Source of the DNA: Octopus sinensis
Lineage: Eukaryota
Assembly: GCF_006345805.1 (NCBI RefSeq)
Contig: NW_021825353.1
Span: forward strand, 1 to 16,443
DNA length: 16,443 bases
Direction of reading: 5' to 3'
This document shows positions 9,439 through 16,443 of the stretch, one piece after another. The notes under the pieces are model-generated. The model had not been told where the DNA came from and ran no database searches. It worked only from the letters and a program-made list of their open reading frames with translations. The translations under genes and the position numbers were made by a program. The first letter of the stretch is position 1. Every line of letters begins with the position of its first letter.

Positions 9439-9803
9439 CGCGATGAGCTGGCAGAATCGTTAGCACGCCAGGCGAAATGCTTAGCGGTATTTCATCTGTC
9501 GCTACATTCTGAGTTCAAATTCCGCCGAGGTTGACTTTGCCTTTCATTCTTTCGGGGTCGAATAAATAAGTACCAGTTACGCACTGGGGTCGATATAATC
9601 GACTTAATCCCTTTGTCTGTCCTTGTATGTCCACCTACGTTTAGCCCCTTGTGGGTAGTAAAGAAATAGGTATTTCGTTTGTCTTTATGTTCTGAGTTCA
9701 AATTCCGACGAGGTCGACTTTGCCTTTCATCATGGGGTCGATGTAATCGACTGGCTCCTTCCCCCAAAATTTTGGGCCTTGTGCTTAGAGTAGAAAAGAA
9801 TAT
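9439..9803 (+). mobile_element. Dimeric SINE family A: full left arm (tail B) plus partial right arm (tail A)
   Basis: Left arm 9439-9668 is like 2638-2870. Right arm 9669-9803 restarts at GGTATTTCG...GAGTTCAAATTCC and ends GGGCCTTGTGCTTAGAGTAGAAAAG, like 6441-6673. Confidence 0.87.
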
Positions 9804-9861
9804 TTACGTACTAGCTTCCAGATTTGAGTTTAATATGTAAAATCTAATGACGTTACACTAC

Positions 9862-10095
9862 TATACTCTTTACTATTTACTCTTTTACTTGTTTCAGTCA
9901 TTTGACTGTGGCCATGCTGGAGCACCGCCTTTTAGTCGATCGAGCAAATCGACCCCATGACTTATTCTTTGTAAGCCTAGTACTTATTCTATCGGTGTCT
10001 TTTGCCGAACCGCTAAGTTACGGGGACGGAAACATACCAGCATCAGTTGTCAAGCGATGTTGGGGGGTGGTGGCAAACACAGACACACAAACATA

Positions 10096-10193
<98 letters not shown>

Positions 10194-10332
10194 GACAGGC
10201 TTCTTTCAGTTTCCGTCTACTAAATCCACTCACATGGCTTTGGTCGGCCCGAGGCTATAGTAGAAGACAGTTGCCCAAGGTGCCACGCAGTGGGACTGAA
10301 CCCGGAACCATGTGGTTCGTAAGCAAGCTACT
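9862..10332 (-). mobile_element. CORE-like SINE family B, lacking the A-box end, with expanded internal microsatellite
   Basis: High similarity to 8040-8412. Internal (CA)n(TA)n spans ~10077-10193. Confidence 0.85.
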
Positions 10333-11194
10333 TTTATTCATTTCATTTGCCATAAAGGCAGTACAAAGATGTGTAGCTTTGCTGGCTGGACAAGACATTG
10401 ATGAGGCGAATGATAATGATACAAGATGATAAGGATGGGAGAAGACAGAAAGCGCCCACCGACCCTCTGTTTCTCTATAAAATTGTTCTTTTAATAAAAC
10501 ACATATTGAGGTAGCCACTCCTACGCCTATGCATAATGTATATATGTAGTGTATGCAGTGACTGTTTAAGCCATGATTTTGTGGATGATTAATGGGTTGG
10601 ATGGGTGCCGATGAAGGAGCAAAAACTCCAAAAATATGGCAAATACGCCCATTACTCATTTTCCATCTTCGATCTCATTGTTCTTTACATCAGGCGTCTC
10701 GGATACTAAGCGTCGTAACAAAATCAGAGCTGGCTATAATTTCTATGGAAAATCTGTAGAGATAGATAAACCTTAGCAATTAATCAATATTTGTCTTTAA
10801 CTCTTTCAATGGATAGGTGAATATTTTTGAAAAGTATTACAAACGTGCCTGTTTTTTGATATTTTTAGCTATATAAGTTTAGAACTTCCCGAAACAAGTA
10901 AAGGGAAATCACGATGACAATGCTGTGATTTTCATGACAGCAATTTTTTAAAATTGTCTGATGTCCTGTAATGATTATGGTGTTAAGAAAGTGGTGTCAT
11001 ACGGAAGCTAATGAAGCCTTCAGAAAGAATTATGGCCAGTGAATGTAGTGTTTTCAACGAGAATATCAAAAGCAATAAGCACAAAAGGAGTACAATCATA
11101 GGGAGAAAAATCCCAGATGCTACAGAGCGTGAACAATTGAAAAAAATAGGGGAAAGCCGGCTTTCATAATGTTTGTGATTCATAAGCTGTTTAT

Positions 11195-11270
11195 ATGCAT
11201 GCATGCATACAGACATACATACATAATACATACATACATACATACGTACATATATACGTACATATGTAAG
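11195..11270. repeat. Degenerate (CATA)n/(TA)n microsatellite
   Basis: Direct inspection. Confidence 0.8.
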
Positions 11271-12321
11271 TATATCAGTAAGATCTGACCACAGATCATT
11301 TTCTTACCACTTACCAGTACCCAATGAGTAAGTAACTCCTTCATAGCTATATCCCAGACAAACGGTGTTACGGCTTTCTCTGTTGTTAGAAGTTAGGATA
11401 ATTGGGTCACTGGAGGTCACTTATTCCTTCACCCAAGTAAAGACCATACTAACCTCTAAATTTCTCTTATCTGATTAAATGTACGTTATTTTGGTAAATT
11501 CAATCTGTCAGTTGAAATAGCAGAATCATTGAAAATATTTTGCTCCGTGGATTTTAAGAATATTAGGAATATGCTTGATTGTAATGTTCATGTATTCATC
11601 TGAGGAAAACGGTTTCTTCGTAATGATATACGGTAAGCAATAATAAACCTCTGGGCGAAGGGGATATAATGTACTTATTAATCAATTAAAGGAGCCAGTA
11701 GACCTCCAGTTGTTACTTATATCTATACATATAAATTTGACACGGGCGATCCTTTCTTGTCTTGGGATACACGGTCAAATGGCTGGGTGTAATTGCGCAA
11801 AAAATTACAGATGTGCAGGATGATCCGGTGGTGATGCTGGGCTTTGTATTTTTTTCATAGCTCCCATGGTTATCGAGATAATCTACTATAATAATATTCT
11901 TGTGTTTATGAATGAGAAAGGAAGGGGTGATAGATGAATAAGGAAGAAAGGGCTGATGTCATGCTTGGTAGTGGGATGATGAAAACTGCACGCTGAAAAA
12001 ATAAATCAAACAGCGTTTCAACTCTGTATGAATATGTGTGTGTATGTAAAAGGGGGGTATGTGAATGTGTGTGTGTGTGTGCGTGAATGCGTGCAATGGA
12101 ATTGGGATGGTTCATCTTTCTCCGCTTAGTATTTGGGTTTATTTTTTGATCTGATTGAATCTTTTTTTTTTTGGTCACTTATTTTTAGCGTTTTGACAGA
12201 AAAAAGTCATTCTAAAATTGTTTTTAACGTAAGCGTGCCCAAACAAGTAGAATGCTTACACAGAGCAGGTTTTACAGCCACATCATCCAAACCAACCGGG
12301 TGAAACTGGGATTAGCTGCTA

Positions 12322-12650
12322 ATATATATATATATCGATACATACATACAGACATACACATATACGTACATGCATACATATATACATGCATACATATATA
12401 GATGTTTGAATGGACGTATCTGTCTGTCTCTCTATATACATATACATTCATATATATAAAATCTGTACATGACTACAGACACTATATACATATATAATTG
12501 CACATATAAACACACGGACAAACAGACACACACGTACACACACACGCATACATACACACACATATACACATACATACACACATATCTATAAAGAGAGATA
12601 AATATAAGTTGAGAGAGAGAAAGAGAGAGTGGTGTGTGTGTGTGTGTGAC
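12322..12650. repeat. Degenerate (TA)/(CA)/(GA)/(GT) microsatellite cluster
   Basis: Direct inspection. Confidence 0.8.
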
Positions 12651-12741
12651 AACCTACAGCAACAGAAAATCCTTATTAAAAAAAAAACAAACGCGGACTA
12701 ACACATATATGGACAACGACACCATCTCTCAGAATAGAAAG

Positions 12742-12787
12742 ACTACTACTACTACTACTACAATTACTTCTACTACTGCTGCTGCTG

Positions 12788-12818
<31 letters not shown>

Positions 12819-12848
12819 GATTACTACTACTACCACTATCACCCCACA

Positions 12849-12880
<32 letters not shown>

Positions 12881-13024
12881 AACAATTACTACTACTACCA
12901 CTATCACCCCCACCACCACCACTACTACTACTACTACAATTCTACTACTGCTGCTGCAACTACTACTACTACTACTACTACGATTACTACTAATACCACT
13001 ATCACCCCCACCACCACAACCACC

Positions 13025-13055
<31 letters not shown>

Positions 13056-13067
13056 GTACTACTACTA
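12742..13067. repeat. Compound (CTA)n/(CCA)n/(CTG)n trinucleotide array with higher-order structure
   Basis: CCACTATCACCCC recurs at 12833, 12898 and 12996 within the array. Confidence 0.92.
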
Positions 13068-13195
13068 TAAACGCAATTTCTCACCAACCAGGAAATCAAG
13101 GTAGATATTACAAATAGCTGAAGAACAGCTTATTTCATAACCGGATCTTCCACATCATTTTGATATCAAAATGATGATATAACATTACCACAGCC

Positions 13196-13261
13196 TATCT
13201 ATCCATTCATCCATCTATCTATCCATCCATCCGTCCGTCCGTCCGTCCGTCCGTCTGTCTG

Positions 13262-13299
<38 letters not shown>

Positions 13300-13367
13300 C
13301 ATCCATTTATCCATCCATCCATCCATCCATCCATCCATCTATCTATCTATCTATCTATCTATCTTTA

Positions 13368-13460
<93 letters not shown>
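13196..13460. repeat. Compound (ATCC)n-(GTCC)n-(ATCT)n tetranucleotide array followed by (ATT)n
   Basis: Direct inspection. Confidence 0.95.
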
Positions 13461-13463
<3 letters not shown>

Positions 13464-13619
13464 CACATATGGTGGTAATTTAATCACGTAACATGCCGTT
13501 ATCATTATGCTTTCTTTTTAATACTAACTGCATGTGTACACGCATGTGTACATGTATATTCCTCTCTCACACTTTCTCATTTTCTCTGTGTTTCTCACTC
13601 TCTATAGAAATGAATACAT

Positions 13620-13764
13620 ACATGTGTGAATACTTGCATGTATATATATATATACAAATATATATATAATTATACATATATATATATATTTATATATATA
13701 TATATATATATATTTATACATATATATATTATATATATAGTTATATATATATATATATATATTT

Positions 13765-13801
<37 letters not shown>

Positions 13802-13818
13802 CATATATATATACATAC

Positions 13819-13858
<40 letters not shown>

Positions 13859-13972
13859 TATATATATATATATATATATACATACATAAATATATATATA
13901 TATATAATATATATATACATACTACATATATTATACTTATATATATATATATAAATAGATATATATATATAT

Positions 13973-14003
<31 letters not shown>

Positions 14004-14085
14004 AATATATATATAATACATACATACATATATATATATATATACATACATACAATATATATATATATATATATAATATATATAT

Positions 14086-14116
<31 letters not shown>

Positions 14117-14159
14117 CATACATATATAGATATATATATACATATAAATAATATATATT

Positions 14160-14200
<41 letters not shown>

Positions 14201-14545
14201 ATATATATATATATATATAATATATATATATACCTATATCTATATATATATATATATATTATATTTACACACACATACAAGCAGACACACACACAGACAC
14301 ACACACACACACATATATAAATATGTAAATATACACATGTGTGCATGTGTATATATTATGTATACGTCTTCTATACTCTCTCTCTCTCTCTCTCGTCCTC
14401 TCTTTCTCCTTTTGTGTGTATGCACATATAAATACATATGTGCATGCGTATGTTTTATGTATACATATGCTTTATAATCTATATGTATGTATGTATATAT
14501 ATGTGTATAAACATAATTTATATATGTATTTTATATGTGCATTAT
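13620..14545. repeat. Long interrupted (TA)n tract (~13640-14265) followed by (CA)n, (CT)n and TATG-rich repeats
   Basis: Direct inspection; source of the YI/IY pseudo-ORFs. Confidence 0.95.
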
Positions 14546-14836
14546 ATTTAGTGTGGTTGATGGATCTCCGTCGTTTAACAAAGAGGATCGTGTGTTCCAG
14601 CAACTGAATTATCTGTTTCTGAATTGACATGAAAGTAGCTGAGCACTGAACATAAATATGTACCCTTAATGTAATTCTCAGGTTACAGTGTATAACGCGG
14701 TTGCAGCTTTTGAGTTACAAATACAATCCATCTGAAGGGATTCGTGAAAGTTTCCGTCTATCCATTTTCCCAGTCAGCTAAGATTCGAGAAGATGACACT
14801 ACTGAAAGATAGGTGTATGTCCGAAAAGATAGTGGG

Positions 14837-15128
14837 TGTTGTTGTTCCTTCTCGAGCCATGCTTGGCTCATAAGGGTCGGTTTCCCTGTTTCCTTGGCGT
14901 ATAGGTTCCCCGCCAGTCCGTCGCAGGTGAGCTGCAAGATGCAGGAGGAAAGAGTGAGAGAAAGTTGTGGCGAAAGAGTCAGCAGAAGTTTGCTTTTACC
15001 TTCCGCCGGAACCGCGTGGAGCTTAGGTGTTTCCCTCATAAACACACATATCGCCCGGTCTGAGATTCGAACCCGCGATCCCTCGACCGCGAGTCCGCTG
15101 CTCTAACCACTAGGCCATGTACCTCCAC
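14837..15128 (-). mobile_element. tRNA-derived SINE, family C, with (AAC)n tail
   Basis: Minus strand GTGGAGGTACATGGCCTAGTGGTTAGAGC (A box TGGCCTAGTGG), GGGTTCGAATCTC (B box), ~200 nt unrelated body, ending GCATGGCTCGAGAAGGAACAACAAC. No CCA or acceptor-stem closure, so not a tRNA gene. Confidence 0.8.
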
Positions 15129-15197
15129 TAGACAGTAGTTGTGTGTACACGTGTGCACCAAAGTGACAAAATGGTTGATTGAAATTGTGTGCTAGTG

Positions 15198-15383
15198 CAA
15201 TGCCCCGCAACCAGACACCGCGGTACACTGGTGTGTCACTAGACGATGCTAGCTGTGCCGCAGTGTGACCTGAATATAATATTTTCCCCTATAGTTTTGG
15301 TTATATTTTTAGTTCTGGTGTGCCGCCGAATTTTGAAAAGAATATAAGTGTACCGCAAGTGAAAAAAAGGTTGCGGAGCATTG
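15198..15383. mobile_element. Non-autonomous hAT-like MITE (186 bp)
   Basis: TIRs CAATGCCCCGCAACC (15198-15212) and GGTTGCGGAGCATTG (15369-15383) match 14/15. The 8-bp flanks TGCTAGTG and TACTAGAG match 6/8, both with central CTAG. Subterminal GTG(C/T/A)CGC-like motifs recur. Confidence 0.75.
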
Positions 15384-15399
15384 TACTAGAGTATAAAGT

Positions 15400-16443
15400 G
15401 TGTGTTCGAAAGTTGGAGTGGAATGAGTTGTAGGTAGTTGAGTGAGTGAGTGAACTGTGAGGACAGGTGGGGAAGCGAGGGATTGGAAAACTGGGGAACA
15501 GATGGAAAAGGTGTGCAATTCTGGAGCAGGCGGGAGGAAGATAATGAAGAGTAGAAAAGGTGAGGCGATGCATTTAAAACTAAAGACGTGTAAGTTTTAA
15601 GAAAGATAAGCTTCTCCTTTTAGAAGCGAATGTTGGGAAGACCAAGAAGTGTTGTGTGCAATGGATCGCGTGGACAGGCGAGTCACTGTAAAGTAAGATG
15701 TTATTGAAGTACTTCGCGAACCAGCCGCTAGCCGGTTTGCCCAATGTATGTATGAAATTGGTTGAGGTGCAACAGAAAGTGTACTTAATGTGGAAGATGC
15801 AGTGATTGGTTACGGTGAGAACGGTGGTGTTGGAGATAAAAAAAAAACTAAATGTGACAGGGAGAACAGGTGAAGGGAATGGATCTCAGAAGGGGTCAGA
15901 GTTGGGAAGAGTAATAACCATATTCGTGGTGGCTGCATATGTTGCAGAGTCGGGGTGGGAGATGAGAGGTATAAGTGCCAAAATGGAGTGGGTGGAAGAA
16001 GCGTGGGAAGGTTACTCAAGGAGAAGTGTGGTGAGGTGGTAGACGAGGGAAATTCGGTGGGCTGAGCGGTATGGGCACGGAAAGAGCCGCCTGGGTAAGT
16101 GCTGATGCGTAAATGCATCGAGTAGATATGTGTTGGGCCTGAGCCACAAAAATCATGGTTACGGTTATAGAAGAAAGCGGGAACGCAGGAACCAGGAGTA
16201 GAGGGTGGGGCATGTTTGGTGTGGGTTGGGTGATATGGTCAGGAAAATTGCGGGAGGTATCAGAGATGGGGAGGTGAAATGGAGAGAAGGGTGAACGATG
16301 ACAAAGGAGATGAATGAATTTAAGTTTTAACAAGGGAAAGAGGTAGTGCCGATACTGTCATCAATATAATGGCTGTATAGCATTGAGAGTGGAAACAGTA
16401 ATCTGAGAAAAGAAAAGCTTAGCCAACAAATAAAATGTAGAAG
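15400..16443 (-). mobile_element. Decayed Penelope-like retroelement (RT C-terminus plus GIY-YIG endonuclease remnants), continues beyond the window
   Basis: Minus-strand translation across frameshifts and stops, in the expected order: LFVG (16422-16433), LYSHYIDDSIGTTS (YIDD 16357-16368), FISFVIVHPSLHFT, ISDTSRNFPD, IPLISHP, TFCCTSTNFI, YIGQTG*RL (15731-15748), KEKLIFLKT..LN. The lower boundary is uncertain; motifs end near 15560. Confidence 0.78.

Noticed and set aside
9419-9818. TSD for the dimeric SINE (GAATATTT...TAC.AGC on both sides)
   Set aside because: Only about 13 of 17 positions match and the left copy is not flush with the element, so it is not reliable.
10620-10670. KIWQIRPLL resembling a piggyBac transposase motif
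   Set aside because: An isolated short match with no flanking piggyBac motifs or TTAA-bounded ends.
11009-11168. ~52-aa plus-strand ORF (MKPSERIMASECS...)
   Set aside because: Short, no recognisable domain, no convincing splice or promoter context.
12634-14607. Long poly-T/poly-L and YI-repeat ORFs
   Set aside because: They are stop-free frames of microsatellites with no coding evidence.
15050-15128. tRNA gene
   Set aside because: A and B boxes are present, but the acceptor and anticodon stems do not close, and the sequence runs into a SINE body with an (AAC)n tail.
15806-16333. Listed P/S/H-rich ORFs as genes
   Set aside because: They are off-frame or partial readings of the decayed Penelope-like element.
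1-16443. A novel multi-gene or defence-like biological system
   Set aside because: No intact genes, operon structure or regularly spaced repeat-spacer array. Recognisable content is explained by eukaryotic TEs and simple repeats.

Overview
AT-rich eukaryotic non-coding DNA made mostly of transposon debris and microsatellites. The SINE set resembles cephalopod (Octopus-type) tRNA-derived SINEs; this is recall-based inference, not a database result. I find no intact protein-coding gene, rRNA, true tRNA gene or CRISPR array, and most listed ORFs are translations of simple repeats. Supported content: (1) a ~700-bp tandem unit of [SINE, minus]-(TAA)n-[5'-truncated R4/Dong-like LINE 3' end encoding an RLE endonuclease C-terminus]-(TAA)n at 1-1632; (2) at least three tRNA-derived SINE families, two copies with clean 14-15 bp TSDs; (3) a perfect 3 x 89-bp tandem repeat; (4) two short MITEs, one TA-flanked and one hAT-like; (5) a decayed Penelope-like element (RT YIDD motif plus GIY-YIG motif) running off the right edge; (6) long compound microsatellites at 12.3-14.5 kb. 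I cannot support a previously undescribed biological system here. The best leads concern transposon and microsatellite biology, and possible assembly error in the first 1.6 kb.
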